The notes: a model not told the origin generated them from the sequence alone. A DNA stretch of 64,000 bases from Dehalococcoidia bacterium (GCA_045564655.1 JBJLGX010000020.1:76654-140653); one strand, 5' to 3'. Counted from the stretch's first letter, positions 47,999-59,168 are shown. A program made the numbers and translations.

Positions 47999-50224
47999 AT
48001 GGCTAAAAATCTTGTCATAGTAGAATCTCCAGCTAAAGCTAGGACTATAGGGAGATTTCTTGGTAAGGATTATGATGTTCAAGCCTCTATGGGTCATGTT
48101 AGAACTTTAGGTATTAAGTCAGAAAAAGGTGACATAGTAAATGGAGTGCAATTAGATAACAAAACAGAACTATTTCATGCTAGGTATGAAATTATTAGAG
48201 GTAAAAATAAAGTTGTTACAGCATTAAAAAAGTCAGCCAAAGTTGCTGAGAATGTTTACTTAGCCACAGATCCAGATAGGGAAGGTGAAGCAATTTCGTG
48301 GCATTTATTAGAAGCAGCTTCTATCGGTATAGATAAGGTTAAAAGAGTTGTATTTCATGAAATCACCAAACCTGCCATTGAAGAAGCATTTGCTAATCCT
48401 AGATTGTTAGATACTGATTTGGTAAATGCTCAACGAGCTCGCCAGATGCTTGATAAATTGGTTGGGTTTGAATTAAGCCCTATATTATGGAGGAAAATCA
48501 GACGTGGTCTTTCAGCAGGAAGGGTTCAGTCGGTTGCCGTTAAGGCTGTTGTTAAAAAAGAAGAAGAAATTAATTCTTTTGTAAAGGAAGAATTTTGGAC
48601 TTTGGATGCTATTTTAGGAACGGATGACTCCTCTTCCTTTAAATCCTCGCTAATTGCTATTAACGATCATTCAGAAAAACCTTTAATTAAAGATGAAAAA
48701 AAATCTAAGAATATTTTAGAAGAATTATCCGATGCTTCATTCCAGGTTTCAAAATTTGAAACTAAAGAAACTAAAAGGAGACCATCGGCCCCGTTCATAA
48801 CTAGTACCTTACAGCAGGAAGCATCTCGCAGACTAAGAATTTCTGCTACTCGAACCATGAGTCTTGCTCAAGCCTTGTATGAAGGGAAACCTATTGGCGG
48901 CACAGAGGAAGTAGGCTTGATTACGTATATGAGGACGGACTCTACAGAAGTTTCCTCTTCGGCACTCTCGGAAATTTCTGGGTTTGTAAAAGATAAATAT
49001 GGTCCTGCGTATTTACCTGAAAAACCAAGAATATATTCAAAAAAAGTGCAGGGTGCCCAAGAAGCCCATGAAGCAATACGACCAACTTCTATATTCAGAA
49101 CTCCAGATTCTTTGAAGAATTTCTTAGAGCCAGATGAATTAAGGTTGTATACGCTTATATGGAGACGTATGCTTTCGAGCCAGATGGTTGACTCTATATA
49201 TGATAGAACTGTTATCGATATAAATGCTACTTCAAATAGTTCAAATAATATATATGGATTTCGTGCTAGTGGGAATGTACTTAAATTTGATGGATTTAGA
49301 GTTGTATATTCAAACAATAGTACAGATGACGATACTTCTGATGAAGAAAAGGATAAAAATCTTCCTAAGCTAGATTCTGGACAAAAATTATTATGTAGTA
49401 ATCTTGAGGATGAGCAAAATTTCACACAACCTCCGCCAAGATTTACAGAAGCTTCGCTAATAAACTATTTAGAAAAAGAAGGGATTGGGCGACCTAGTAC
49501 ATATGCGACTATTTTAAGCACGATCCAGGCTAGAGATTATGTGTGGTCTGTTAGAGGGAAATTACATCCAACTAAATTGGGTACTGTAACTACATTTTTT
49601 TTACAAGGACATTTTGATGATGTCTTAGATGTAGGGTTTACTGCTGAAATGGAAAAAAAATTAGATGACATAGCAGAAGGTAAACTTGACTGGAACCCGA
49701 TGCTTTTAGACTTTTATAAACCATTTAGTTCAAAAGTTGAGAATGTAATAAGTGAAGCAGCACGAGTTGATTATCATTTACTTGAACAAGATGCAGGTAA
49801 AGACTGTCCTATAACAACATGCTCTAAGCCTTTGGTAATTAAATTAGGATCAAATGGTAGGTTTATTTCCTGTTCTGCATATCCTGACTGTACACATACA
49901 GAAAACTTAACCTTGTCCACATTAGGGGTTGAAGGTGTTGTTTGCCCATTATGTGGAGGTGAAATACAGGAAAGAATAACAAGGGCCTCAAAAACTAAAC
50001 CATCTAAGCGATTTTATGGATGCGCAAATTTCTTTACAGATAGCAATTGTAATTATGCTATAAACGCTATCCCGATTTCTCAAAAACTTTGCCCGGATTG
50101 TTCAGGACCCTTATTGCCTGTAGGGGACACTAGGGCGAGATGTCCATCAAAAGAATGTAGTTTTAGGTCTTCTTTGAAAGATTTAGGGGTGACTGCAGAT
50201 CAATTAATTAATCCGATTCAATAA
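47999..50224 (+). CDS. topA: DNA topoisomerase I
   Basis: Toprim start LVIVESPAKA, DPDREGEAI, active-site YMRTDS and three C-terminal Cys4 zinc ribbons. Start moved to ATG 47999 because the track ORF reads through the tRNA. Confidence 0.95.
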   Translation: MAKNLVIVESPAKARTIGRFLGKDYDVQASMGHVRTLGIKSEKGDIVNGVQLDNKTELFHARYEIIRGKNKVVTALKKSAKVAENVYLATDPDREGEAISWHLLEAASIGIDKVKRVVFHEITKPAIEEAFANPRLLDTDLVNAQRARQMLDKLVGFELSPILWRKIRRGLSAGRVQSVAVKAVVKKEEEINSFVKEEFWTLDAILGTDDSSSFKSSLIAINDHSEKPLIKDEKKSKNILEELSDASFQVSKFETKETKRRPSAPFITSTLQQEASRRLRISATRTMSLAQALYEGKPIGGTEEVGLITYMRTDSTEVSSSALSEISGFVKDKYGPAYLPEKPRIYSKKVQGAQEAHEAIRPTSIFRTPDSLKNFLEPDELRLYTLIWRRMLSSQMVDSIYDRTVIDINATSNSSNNIYGFRASGNVLKFDGFRVVYSNNSTDDDTSDEEKDKNLPKLDSGQKLLCSNLEDEQNFTQPPPRFTEASLINYLEKEGIGRPSTYATILSTIQARDYVWSVRGKLHPTKLGTVTTFFLQGHFDDVLDVGFTAEMEKKLDDIAEGKLDWNPMLLDFYKPFSSKVENVISEAARVDYHLLEQDAGKDCPITTCSKPLVIKLGSNGRFISCSAYPDCTHTENLTLSTLGVEGVVCPLCGGEIQERITRASKTKPSKRFYGCANFFTDSNCNYAINAIPISQKLCPDCSGPLLPVGDTRARCPSKECSFRSSLKDLGVTADQLINPIQ

Positions 50225-50296
50225 TCTACAACATACGTTTTAATAAGACCTTTTCTATACTGGAAATAAAACTTTAATCTTAATATTCTTAGTTTT

Positions 50297-51247
50297 ATGG
50301 ATAAAGACTATTTTGACTCAGTTGTAGCTGAATACCTGAACGAAATGACTCATGTTAGAGGCCTTTCTAATGTGACTATTCGTGGATATAGATATGATCT
50401 CAAGTCATTATTGATATTTTTAATCGGAGAATCTATGTATACATTTTCTGATTTTAATAGAATGTCAGTAAGGCGATATCTTTCTTGGCTTGATAGCTCC
50501 CAATATTCGCGGTCTAGCATTGTTAGAAAATTATCTGTATTAAGGAATTTCTTTCGGTGGTTACAATTAAAAGATTATATAAAAAATGACCCTGTTCCAT
50601 TAAGGGTACCAATGAAGAAACCTAAATTGTTGCCAAAAGTTTTGTCTGAAAATGAAATTGACAGACTTGTCTCTGCAGTAATTTCTTATAACAGAGATTT
50701 GAAAAACAAAGATATCTTTATAGCCCGAGATTTAGCTATTTTAGAATTAATATATGGATCAGGATTAAGGGTGAGTGAATTAGCTGCATTAAACTTAGGA
50801 GATATGGACTTTGAAGACCTCAAAGCTAAAGTTACCGGTAAAGGGAATAAAGAGAGAATTATTTTATTTGGAGAAATTGCGAAAAAATATATATTAGACT
50901 ATGTTTCAAGATATAGGTCTAATGTGACTAAAGGATGTGAGCCTCCTCAAAAAGCTTTGTTTCTTTCTGCGAGGGGAACTCGATTAAGTGTTAGGTCCAT
51001 ACAATATAGAATTAAAAATTACGCTAAATACGCAGGATTAAGTAGTTGGGTACATCCGCATACTTTGAGACATTCATTTGCAACTCATATGATGGATGGA
51101 GGAGCCGATATTAGAGTGGTTCAAGAATTATTAGGACATTCTAGTCCAGCAACTACTCAAATATATACTCATGTTACGGGTACTCAAGCAATAAAGACCT
51201 ATTTGGCTGCCCATCCGGCAGCAGGTATTGACGAAGAAGAAAAATAA
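50297..51247 (+). CDS. xerC: Tyrosine recombinase XerC/XerD type
   Basis: SAM-like N-domain, catalytic R (GLRVSEL), HTLRHSFATH, LGHSS..TTQIYTH. Confidence 0.8.
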   Translation: MDKDYFDSVVAEYLNEMTHVRGLSNVTIRGYRYDLKSLLIFLIGESMYTFSDFNRMSVRRYLSWLDSSQYSRSSIVRKLSVLRNFFRWLQLKDYIKNDPVPLRVPMKKPKLLPKVLSENEIDRLVSAVISYNRDLKNKDIFIARDLAILELIYGSGLRVSELAALNLGDMDFEDLKAKVTGKGNKERIILFGEIAKKYILDYVSRYRSNVTKGCEPPQKALFLSARGTRLSVRSIQYRIKNYAKYAGLSSWVHPHTLRHSFATHMMDGGADIRVVQELLGHSSPATTQIYTHVTGTQAIKTYLAAHPAAGIDEEEK

Positions 51248-51282
51248 AAGCATCCTATACACAATATTTTGGAATTAACATC

Positions 51283-51720
51283 ATGCAGATACTCTTAATT
51301 AATGGTCCAAATTTAAATATGCTAGGTCAAAGGGAAGAAGCTATTTATGGTTCTAATACACTTGATAGTATTGTAGAAAACTTACAAAAAACAGCAATTT
51401 CAAAAGATGTTGATTTGATTAGTTTTCAATCTAATGATGAGTCTGAGATTGTTACGTTTATTCAGCAAAATTCTGATTCCAGTAATGGCATAATTATAAA
51501 TGCTGGTGCACTGACGCATTATGGACTTTCTCTTAAAGATGCTTTATCAGATGCGCGATTACCAATTATTGAAGTTCATATTTCAAATGTGCACTCTAGA
51601 GAATCTTATAGAAGGGATTCTGTTATTGCTACTATTGCATTGGGACAAATTATAGGAGTTGGAACTCAAGGGTACGCCTATGCATTAGAAGCTCTGCATG
51701 AGTATTTGGAAAACAATTAA
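51283..51720 (+). CDS. aroQ: 3-dehydroquinate dehydratase, type II
   Basis: ILLINGPNLNMLGQRE, NAGALTHY and EVHISN motifs. Confidence 0.93.
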   Translation: MQILLINGPNLNMLGQREEAIYGSNTLDSIVENLQKTAISKDVDLISFQSNDESEIVTFIQQNSDSSNGIIINAGALTHYGLSLKDALSDARLPIIEVHISNVHSRESYRRDSVIATIALGQIIGVGTQGYAYALEALHEYLENN

Positions 51721-51726
51721 CTCTTA

Positions 51727-52809
51727 ATGAAATCAAAATTCAGACTCGATAATCTTAGAAAAGAAATGAAAGATCTTGCTCTGCACGGTGTTTTGATAAC
51801 TTCAAAGAATAATTGTAATTACATTTCAGGATTTACTGGTAGTAATGGATATATTCTTATAACTTTAGATGAAGCATATTTGTTTACGGATTCTAGGTAT
51901 ATTGACCAGGCTCGTTCCCAAATGAAAGATTGGAATATAAAGCCAATTATGAAAGATTTTGTATGCGTACGGGAAATTTTATTTGAGATAAAGAAATCTA
52001 TTAAAAATGATGTATCTTTTACTATGGGATTTGAATCTAAGCACATTTCATTTGATGATTTTAGTCGTCTTAAAAATGCGATTGATGAAATAGTTTCATT
52101 ACAACCTCTAACAGATTTACTTGAATCAATCAGAGCCATAAAAGATTCTGATGAAATCTGTAATTTAAGTAAGTCAGTGGCACTTGCCGATAATATAATG
52201 CAAAAAATATTGAATAAGGTTGCCCCAGGTGTCTCTGAGTTAGAAATCTCTAATTTAATTGATTACTATATTGTAAAATCAGCTGCTGAAGGGGTATCAT
52301 TTCCATCCATTGTAGCAACAGGGTTAAATAGTGCGTTTCCACATCATATGCCCACAGATCAAGTGATTAAGAAGGGCGATTCTTTAATAATTGACATGGG
52401 AGTTTTATATAAAGGTTATAGGAGTGATATATCAAGGACTGTTTTTGTTGGTGAAAAGGAAGAATCTAAATTTTCAGAAATATATTCAGTGGTTTTAGGT
52501 TCTCAAGTGAAAGCCTGCCAAATGGCTACTCCAGGTGTTAAGGGAGGATATTTAGATCATATAGCGAGAGAATTTATATCTACAAAAGGATACGGCGATT
52601 ATTTTATACATGGCTTAGGTCATGGGGTAGGATTGGATATTCATGAAAAACCTATGGTCGTTTCTTCTTCTAATGACATAATAGATATAGGGAGTGTATT
52701 CACACTTGAACCTGGAGTATATATTCCAGGTTGGGGTGGAGTAAGAATTGAAGATGTTTTTATTATGGAATCAAACGGGCCTAAAAGGCTGACTCAATCA
52801 CCTAAGTAG
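51727..52809 (+). CDS. Xaa-Pro aminopeptidase (M24B family)
   Basis: Creatinase-like N-domain plus the pita-bread metal ligands DMG…D.SRT, HGLGHGVG, EPG and RIED. Confidence 0.85.
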   Translation: MKSKFRLDNLRKEMKDLALHGVLITSKNNCNYISGFTGSNGYILITLDEAYLFTDSRYIDQARSQMKDWNIKPIMKDFVCVREILFEIKKSIKNDVSFTMGFESKHISFDDFSRLKNAIDEIVSLQPLTDLLESIRAIKDSDEICNLSKSVALADNIMQKILNKVAPGVSELEISNLIDYYIVKSAAEGVSFPSIVATGLNSAFPHHMPTDQVIKKGDSLIIDMGVLYKGYRSDISRTVFVGEKEESKFSEIYSVVLGSQVKACQMATPGVKGGYLDHIAREFISTKGYGDYFIHGLGHGVGLDIHEKPMVVSSSNDIIDIGSVFTLEPGVYIPGWGGVRIEDVFIMESNGPKRLTQSPK

Positions 52810-52834
52810 TTTTTAATCTAAGGGAGATGAAATT

Positions 52835-53395
52835 ATGACGCTTAACTACGGAGAATTAAAAAGAGGAACTTCAGTAGAGTTGGATGGAGAACCTTATTCT
52901 GTCGTTGAATATGAGCATAGCAAAATGCAAGGCCGTGCTCCTGTTATGAAAATCAGATTTCGTAGCTTAAGAACAGGAAAGGTATTAGATAGAACTTTTC
53001 AAGGAGATGTTAAATTTTCATTGGCCCAAGTAGAAAGAAGAAAGGCTCAATATATATATAGAGACGGCGACCTCTTTTATTTTATGGATACTGAATCATT
53101 TGAACAATTTCCAATGAGTGAGGATCAAATCAAAGAATCTTTAAAGTTTTTGAAGGAGCAAATGGAATTGGACCTTATTTTTTTTGAAGAGAATCCAATT
53201 TCATTGGAATTACCTTTGAATGTTGAATTGAAAGTTATTGATTCACCACCAGGGGTCAAAGGGGATACCGCTCAAGGTGCCACAAAGCTTGCTAAACTTG
53301 AGACCGGATTAGAAATATCGGTACCGTTGTTTGTTAATGAAGGAGATATATTAAAAGTCAACACTAGATCTGGCGAATATATCTCTAGAGCATAG
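52835..53395 (+). CDS. efp: Elongation factor P
   Basis: 186 aa with an EF-P three-domain pattern (…VVEYEHSKMQGRAPVMKIRFR…, PPGVKGDTAQG). Confidence 0.92.
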   Translation: MTLNYGELKRGTSVELDGEPYSVVEYEHSKMQGRAPVMKIRFRSLRTGKVLDRTFQGDVKFSLAQVERRKAQYIYRDGDLFYFMDTESFEQFPMSEDQIKESLKFLKEQMELDLIFFEENPISLELPLNVELKVIDSPPGVKGDTAQGATKLAKLETGLEISVPLFVNEGDILKVNTRSGEYISRA

Positions 53396-53397
53396 TT

Positions 53398-54576
53398 ATG
53401 TTAGACCTAACTGTTTCTCAAATTCTTAATCATATAGAAGTTTTTTTTGAAAATGATGAAATACTTTCAGATGTTGTGGTTGTTGGAGAAGTATCCCGAG
53501 TTAGTACAGCAGCTTCGGGGCATTCATATTTCACACTTAAAGATGAAGAATCATTACTTGATGGGGTTATTTTTAATAGAGGGATAGGGTCTGAAAATTT
53601 ATTAATGGGCGAAATGGTTAGAGTCTTTGGGCGTATAGCTGTTTATAAGGCACAAGGACGAATGCAAATTGTGTCTAATATTATTCAACCGGCAGGTAGT
53701 GGAACTTTACAGTCTCAAATAGATGATTTAAAAAAGAAACTTGATGCCGAAGGTCTTTTTGATCATTCAAGAAAACGTACTTTACCTAATTATCCTGTAA
53801 AAATAGGAATTGTTACCTCTGAGGATGCAGCAGCATGGGGAGATATAAAACGTACGATAAGTACCAGGTTTCCATTAGTTGAAGTAATCCTAGCGCACAC
53901 TTTAGTGCAAGGAGATAAAGCCCCGAGATTAATATCGGAGGCACTTTATGAACTTAACAAATTGCCGGATATAGATGTAATAATTTTGGCTCGTGGAGGA
54001 GGTTCTCCCGAAGATTTAATGCCATTTAATGATGAGCTTGTAGCACGGGCTATTTTTTCGTCTTTAGTTCCGGTTGTTACAGGTATTGGTCATGAAGACG
54101 ATTGGACTATTTCTGATTATGTAGCTGACTTTCGAGCCGCTACCCCAACAGCGGCATCTGTTGCAGTTGTTCCAGACTTTGTAAAAATTAGTGAGTCCAT
54201 TGGGGTTATTCAAGGAACTTTGAATGACCGGATACAGAATATAATTAGTGAAACAAATTCACGACTTAAATTAACTGTTTCGGAATTGAATGTTAATTTG
54301 CCAGATTTTGATAATGATAAATTAAAGTTAGATGATCTTGTTTCAAAGGCCTCTAATTCAATAAATCATGTAATTAGTTCCCGGAGTGATGCCTATAAAA
54401 GAATTTATGGCAATTTACATTTAATGTCTCCGCAAGCAACATTAGAAAGGGGATATTCGATTGTCCATAAACCTATTAGCAATAAAGTGATTACTAAAAA
54501 ATCTGATGTCACTTCAGGTGATTTGTTGAAAATAACTATTTCAGATGGGGACATTGATGTAGTTGTTGAAGATTGA
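53398..54576 (+). CDS. xseA: Exodeoxyribonuclease VII large subunit
   Basis: OB-fold N-terminus (GEVSRVS..ASGH.YFTLKD), IGIVTS…ARGGGS.EDL…GIGHE.D. Confidence 0.9.
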   Translation: MLDLTVSQILNHIEVFFENDEILSDVVVVGEVSRVSTAASGHSYFTLKDEESLLDGVIFNRGIGSENLLMGEMVRVFGRIAVYKAQGRMQIVSNIIQPAGSGTLQSQIDDLKKKLDAEGLFDHSRKRTLPNYPVKIGIVTSEDAAAWGDIKRTISTRFPLVEVILAHTLVQGDKAPRLISEALYELNKLPDIDVIILARGGGSPEDLMPFNDELVARAIFSSLVPVVTGIGHEDDWTISDYVADFRAATPTAASVAVVPDFVKISESIGVIQGTLNDRIQNIISETNSRLKLTVSELNVNLPDFDNDKLKLDDLVSKASNSINHVISSRSDAYKRIYGNLHLMSPQATLERGYSIVHKPISNKVITKKSDVTSGDLLKITISDGDIDVVVED

Positions 54577-54603
54577 GTGTTTTTAAATGGAGGAAAATAT
54601 AAT

Positions 54604-54825
54604 ATGGATAACCATGAAGATCTTACTTTTGAGAGATTAATGTCTGACCTGGAAAAATGTGTAATGCAATTAGACGAAGGCGGGATTTCATTGGATAAAG
54701 CTGCTCAAATATATGAAGAAGCAATGAAATTTGCAAGTTTAGCAAGTTCTAGGCTATCTGATGCAGAAATTAAAATAACTAGTATTAAAGAAAAATATAA
54801 GAAATCTATTGATTCTGATACTTAG
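54604..54825 (+). CDS. xseB: Exodeoxyribonuclease VII small subunit
   Basis: LTFERLMSDLEKCVMQLDEGGISLDKAAQIYEE. Start set at ATG 54604, behind a GGAGG RBS. Confidence 0.85.
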   Translation: MDNHEDLTFERLMSDLEKCVMQLDEGGISLDKAAQIYEEAMKFASLASSRLSDAEIKITSIKEKYKKSIDSDT

Positions 54826-54835
54826 ATCAAATTAT

Positions 54836-55744
54836 TTATACTTTTACGACTGTGTTTTCTAATATCCCAATAGATGATATTTCGATTTTTACGACGTCCC
54901 CTTCTGCTAGAGTAAAATCTGGAGAAGGCACTATAGATGTTCCTGTTAAGACGGTTGTGAAGTCGGGAACAGTGTTACTTCGTTGAAGCCAATCTGATAT
55001 TTCTTCGCAAGTTCTTGCCATTTCACTAGTTGATGTAGTTCCTGAAAAAACTTTCTTATTTGCCCTAACGATCGTACATGTAACTTCTAAGTTGTGTGGG
55101 TCTTTAATAGTATCTGTACTAACAAAGCATGGTCCTATTGAGCAACTTAGGTCATATAATTTAGCCTGAGGTAAATATAACGGATTTTCTCCTTCTATAG
55201 ATCTACTACTCATATCATTTCCGATCGTATATCCAATTATTTCTCCCCTAAATATAACAAAAGCTAATTCGGGTTCTGGTACATCCCAAGTAGAATCAGA
55301 TCTTATTCCTAAATCTTCAAAAGGCCCCATACATCTATCTTCTGTAGATTTAAAAAACACCTCAGGGCGATCTGCTTGATATATATTGGAATATATATCA
55401 GGAGTATCACTTTCTCTCCGTCTTTCAAGTTCACTACTCTTGTAGGTAACTCCAGCTGCCCAAACCTCTGGAGGATCAATAGGTCGATCGATTTGGTAAT
55501 CTCCATTTTTTGTTCTGGAATCCTTTAAGATTCGTTCTAATGATAGTATTTCTGGATTTCCATCAGCTAATATTTTTTTAGTTAAATCATCTAAAGGAAT
55601 TCCTGATATATGGGAAAGCTTTATTAAATTTCCCAAGTCGTCTATTTCTTCTTCTACAGAAGTTATATTTTCAATTACTCCATCTTTAGTTTCCACTCCA
55701 ATTATAGGTAACCCGTATATGGTTTCTATTCGATAGTATTTCAA
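54836..55744 (-). CDS. Fumarylacetoacetate hydrolase (FAH) family protein
   Basis: C-terminal FAH-fold blocks (EPELAFVI…GYTIGNDMS.R, LTGT, GD.V) preceded by an N-terminal extension. Confidence 0.7.
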   Translation of the reverse strand: MKYYRIETIYGLPIIGVETKDGVIENITSVEEEIDDLGNLIKLSHISGIPLDDLTKKILADGNPEILSLERILKDSRTKNGDYQIDRPIDPPEVWAAGVTYKSSELERRRESDTPDIYSNIYQADRPEVFFKSTEDRCMGPFEDLGIRSDSTWDVPEPELAFVIFRGEIIGYTIGNDMSSRSIEGENPLYLPQAKLYDLSCSIGPCFVSTDTIKDPHNLEVTCTIVRANKKVFSGTTSTSEMARTCEEISDWLQRSNTVPDFTTVLTGTSIVPSPDFTLAEGDVVKIEISSIGILENTVVKV

Positions 55745-55932
55745 GCTATAACTCCTAAATTATTAGTATGTTTGAATGAATTGTATCTTTATTTTAGTTA
55801 AATTTGTACTACCTATCATTTAGGTTTTTTGAATTTGACACAGGGTAAACACCAATTGACACCTTTCGTTATCTGTTCATATACTTGAGCGGATATGGCA
55901 ATTTGTCTCAGTGCAGATTTTTTTGGAGTGAT

Positions 55933-57555
55933 ATGACTAAATTTATTTTCATTACTGGTGGTGTAGTTAGTTCCGTAGGGAAAGGTGTATGTGTAGGATC
56001 TATTGGTAGGATATTAAAAGATCGAGGCCTTTCTGTTTCTTTAATGAAACTAGACCCTTATTTGAATGTTGATCCTGGAACTATGTCTCCATATCAACAC
56101 GGAGAAGTTTTTGTTACTAATGATGGGAGTGAAACAGACCTAGATTTAGGGCACTATGAAAGATTTGTAAATGTTGACTTAGGAAAAGCTTCTAATACAA
56201 CAGCAGGTCAAGTGTACAGTGATGTTATATCTAGAGAAAGACGAGGAGAATTTTTAGGTGGAACAATACAGGTTGTTCCTCATGTAACAGATTCTATAAA
56301 AGCTAAAATGTTGAATCTTGCCGAAGAAACTAAAGCAGATGTTATTGTTGTTGAAGTTGGCGGAACTGTTGGGGATATTGAAGGCTTGCCTTTTTTGGAA
56401 GCTATCCGGCAAATGAGAAATGAGGTGGGTAGTAATAATGTTTTTTATATCCACTTAACCTTTTTGCCTTATATAACATCAACATCTGAGTTAAAGACTA
56501 AACCTACTCAACATAGTGTTAGGGAATTGCGGGGTATAGGGATACAGCCTGATGCTATTATATGCAGAAGTGATCATGATGTGCCCGAAGATCTCAGGCG
56601 TAAAATAATGATTCATTGTGATGTGCCTATTGAAGGCGTTCTTATGTTGCCCACTGTATCAACTATATATGAGGTTCCTTTAATACTAGAAAAACAAGGA
56701 ATGGGGAACTTAATTAAAGATACGATGTCTCTCAAAACAAAAAATGATGATGTGACCCTTTCGGATGACTGGAAAAATCTTGTTTCAATGATTAAATCAG
56801 ATAAAGATCATATTAAAATATCTGTTGTTGGGAAATATGTAGATTTACATGATGCGTATATCTCTGTTAAGGAAGCGTTAATACATGCAGGAATAAAGTA
56901 TTCTCGCAATATTGAAATTAAATGGGTTGATTCTGAGAATATCGAAGAAGATGGTCCTGAAAAATATTTGAATGATTCAGCGGGTGTTGTTGTCCCAGGT
57001 GGATTTGGATATAGAGGGGTCGAGGGCATGATTTCAGCTGTTGAATATTGTCGTATAAATGACGTGCCTTACCTAGGCCTTTGTTTGGGCATGCAAGTCA
57101 TGGTCATTGAAGCTGCTAGGAGCCTTTTGGATAAAAAATCTGCTAATTCTACAGAATTTGTACAGGATACTCCTGATCCTGTCATTCATATTATGGAAGA
57201 TCAAAAAAATATAACTGACAAAGGTGGAACAATGAGGTTGGGAGGTTATCCTTGTGATCTTGTTAATGGAACTATTGCATCTAGAGCATATGGGTCTTCC
57301 AAAAATACCATTATGGAGAGACATAGACATAGATTTGAATTCAATAATTTATACAGAGAAGATTTAATGTCTGTGGGCCTTAAGCCGTCCGGGATTTCAC
57401 CTGATGGCACATTAGTAGAGATTGTAGAATATTCTAACAATGAATTTATGCTTGGGACTCAATTTCATCCAGAATTTCTCTCTAGGCCTACAGAACCGCA
57501 CCCTATTTTCAGTGAATTTGTTAGCGCGATAGTGAATAAGAGTCAAAAATTATAA
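55933..57555 (+). CDS. pyrG: CTP synthase
   Basis: KFIFITGGVVSS.GKG, DPYLNVDPGTMSP, and GATase LGLCLGMQ…HRHR.E.N. Start set at ATG 55933, behind a GGAG RBS. Confidence 0.96.
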   Translation: MTKFIFITGGVVSSVGKGVCVGSIGRILKDRGLSVSLMKLDPYLNVDPGTMSPYQHGEVFVTNDGSETDLDLGHYERFVNVDLGKASNTTAGQVYSDVISRERRGEFLGGTIQVVPHVTDSIKAKMLNLAEETKADVIVVEVGGTVGDIEGLPFLEAIRQMRNEVGSNNVFYIHLTFLPYITSTSELKTKPTQHSVRELRGIGIQPDAIICRSDHDVPEDLRRKIMIHCDVPIEGVLMLPTVSTIYEVPLILEKQGMGNLIKDTMSLKTKNDDVTLSDDWKNLVSMIKSDKDHIKISVVGKYVDLHDAYISVKEALIHAGIKYSRNIEIKWVDSENIEEDGPEKYLNDSAGVVVPGGFGYRGVEGMISAVEYCRINDVPYLGLCLGMQVMVIEAARSLLDKKSANSTEFVQDTPDPVIHIMEDQKNITDKGGTMRLGGYPCDLVNGTIASRAYGSSKNTIMERHRHRFEFNNLYREDLMSVGLKPSGISPDGTLVEIVEYSNNEFMLGTQFHPEFLSRPTEPHPIFSEFVSAIVNKSQKL

Positions 57556-57561
57556 ATAGCA

Positions 57562-57590
57562 GTTACATTTGTATGTGTGTGTGTTATAAT
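57562..57590 (+). promoter_or_regulatory. Promoter-like element upstream of rho with extended -10
   Basis: GTTACA (57562-57567), a 17-nt spacer made largely of (TG)5, and TGT-TATAAT (57582-57590). It sits about 160 nt upstream of the rho ATG. Confidence 0.45.
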
Positions 57591-57748
57591 TTACGTAGTT
57601 CATACACGAACTGACCGCTTTAGAAATCCCAAACTATTATTATCTGAAACGATGATAGTAATAAGATTGCTGAAATCCCCTAATTATTAAATAAGTGCAC
57701 ATTTTGTGCTTTAAATGTAAATATAAAATTTGATTGGTGATTGATAAA

Positions 57749-59017
57749 ATGAATTTGGCTGAACTTCAAGAAAATACTGACGAGCAATTGTTAGAGATTG
57801 CAATTAAGGCAGGTGCTGTTGAAGAAGGGGCTACCCCTAGGCGCTTAGATCTTATGCGGAAAATATTTAAAGTTTGTACTGATAATGATGAAACGATTAT
57901 TGCGGTTGGCATCCTTTCAATACTTAGTGAAGGATATGGGTTTTTAAGGCAAAATGGTGAGCAGAGGGGTTCCGGTGATGTGTACGTGTCTCAATCGCAA
58001 ATACGTAGATTCAATCTTAGAGCAGGAGATTACTTACAAGGTGATGTGAGGCCTCCAAAAGATGGCGAACGTTACTTTGGGTTAGTTAAAGTTCAGGAAG
58101 TTAACGGTATGGATCCTGCTGAATCAAAATCTAGACCAAAATTCGAGTCCTTAACGCCAGTTTTTCCTGATGTAAGAATTGTTTTGGAGACAGGGCAAAA
58201 AGAATTATCGACAAGGTTAATGGATATTGTTTCACCTGTAGGTAGAGGTCAAAGGGGTTTAATAGTAGCTCCTCCAAAAGCAGGGAAAACTACAATTTTG
58301 AAAGATATAGCTAACGGTATTACTCAAAACCATCCAGATATACACATAATGGTAGCTTTAATTGGCGAGAGGCCGGAAGAAGTTACTGATATGAGAAGAT
58401 CTATAAAGGGAGAAGTTTTTAGCTCTACTTTTGATGAGCCGGTTGAGGACCATTGTCGGGTTGCAGAGTTAGTTTTAGAAAGATCTAAAAGGTTAGTTGA
58501 GGCAGGGGAACATGTTGTTATATTGCTTGATAGCATTACAAGATTAACCAGAGCTTATAACCTGTCTGTTCCAAGTAGTGGTAGAACCTTGTCAGGAGGA
58601 ATGGACCCTATTGCACTTTATCCTCCTAAGCGCTTCTTCGGTGCAGCGAGGAATACTGAAGAGAAAGGGAGTCTTACTATATTAGCTGCTTGTCTTGTAG
58701 ATACTGGGAGTAGGCTTGACGATGTGGTTTATGAAGAATTTAAAGGTACTGGTAATATGGAAGTCCATCTTGACAGAAGGATGGCTGAAAGGAGAATGTT
58801 CCCGGCGTTAGATATTTATAAAAGTGGTACGCGCCGAGAGGAATTACTTTTATCTGAAGAAGTATTGAAGCAAGTCTGGTTATTGAGAAGAATGTTAACT
58901 ATGATTGATTCGGATTCTAACAACAACAACAATAATGAAGCCATGGAAAAGTTACTTGAACGAATGAAAAAATCAAAAGATAACAACCATTTCCTTGCAG
59001 GTCTTGGAAAAGATTAA
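57749..59017 (+). CDS. rho: Transcription termination factor Rho
   Basis: N-terminal LAELQE…, RNA-binding GYGFLR, Walker A PPKAGKT, and [14 protein letters not shown] short poly-Asn insert sits near the C-terminus. Start is ATG 57749. Confidence 0.95.
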   Translation: MNLAELQENTDEQLLEIAIKAGAVEEGATPRRLDLMRKIFKVCTDNDETIIAVGILSILSEGYGFLRQNGEQRGSGDVYVSQSQIRRFNLRAGDYLQGDVRPPKDGERYFGLVKVQEVNGMDPAESKSRPKFESLTPVFPDVRIVLETGQKELSTRLMDIVSPVGRGQRGLIVAPPKAGKTTILKDIANGITQNHPDIHIMVALIGERPEEVTDMRRSIKGEVFSSTFDEPVEDHCRVAELVLERSKRLVEAGEHVVILLDSITRLTRAYNLSVPSSGRTLSGGMDPIALYPPKRFFGAARNTEEKGSLTILAACLVDTGSRLDDVVYEEFKGTGNMEVHLDRRMAERRMFPALDIYKSGTRREELLLSEEVLKQVWLLRRMLTMIDSDSNNNNNNEAMEKLLERMKKSKDNNHFLAGLGKD

Positions 59018-59139
59018 TATGTTCAATGTACGAACGTTAAATTTTAAAATTAATCCTTCAAAATACGTTCATTATATGAACAATTGCACCTATTGTGCTT
59101 TTGGTCTAAATCGGTTTAAAATTTAGGTGCATTTACGTA

Positions 59140-59168
59140 TTGACAACATAAAAATGCGTGAATTATAT
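59140..59168 (+). promoter_or_regulatory. Promoter-like element in the long leader of the surface-protein gene
   Basis: TTGACA (59140-59145), 17-nt spacer, TTATAT (59163-59168). A second TTGACA at 59269-59274 is bracketed by the inverted repeat ATGCCT/AGGCAT (59264-59269 / 59277-59282). Confidence 0.4.

Noticed and set aside
47772-51247. Possible integrative element: a tRNA pair followed by a tyrosine recombinase
   Set aside because: The recombinase has XerC/XerD-type motifs. It is separated from the tRNAs by topA and followed by aroQ-pepP-efp housekeeping genes. I saw no direct repeat of a tRNA 3' end and no phage or cargo genes.
57572-57584. (TG)5 dinucleotide repeat in the spacer of the rho promoter-like element, as a possible phase-variation switch
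   Set aside because: Five repeat units is short for slipped-strand phase variation, and rho is an essential housekeeping gene. It is noted only as a curiosity. Population sequencing would show any length polymorphism.
58917-58938. (AAC)n repeat encoding a poly-Asn insert near the Rho C-terminus
   Set aside because: It is a short in-frame low-complexity insert of the kind common in AT-rich genomes. There is no evidence of function or frame disruption.
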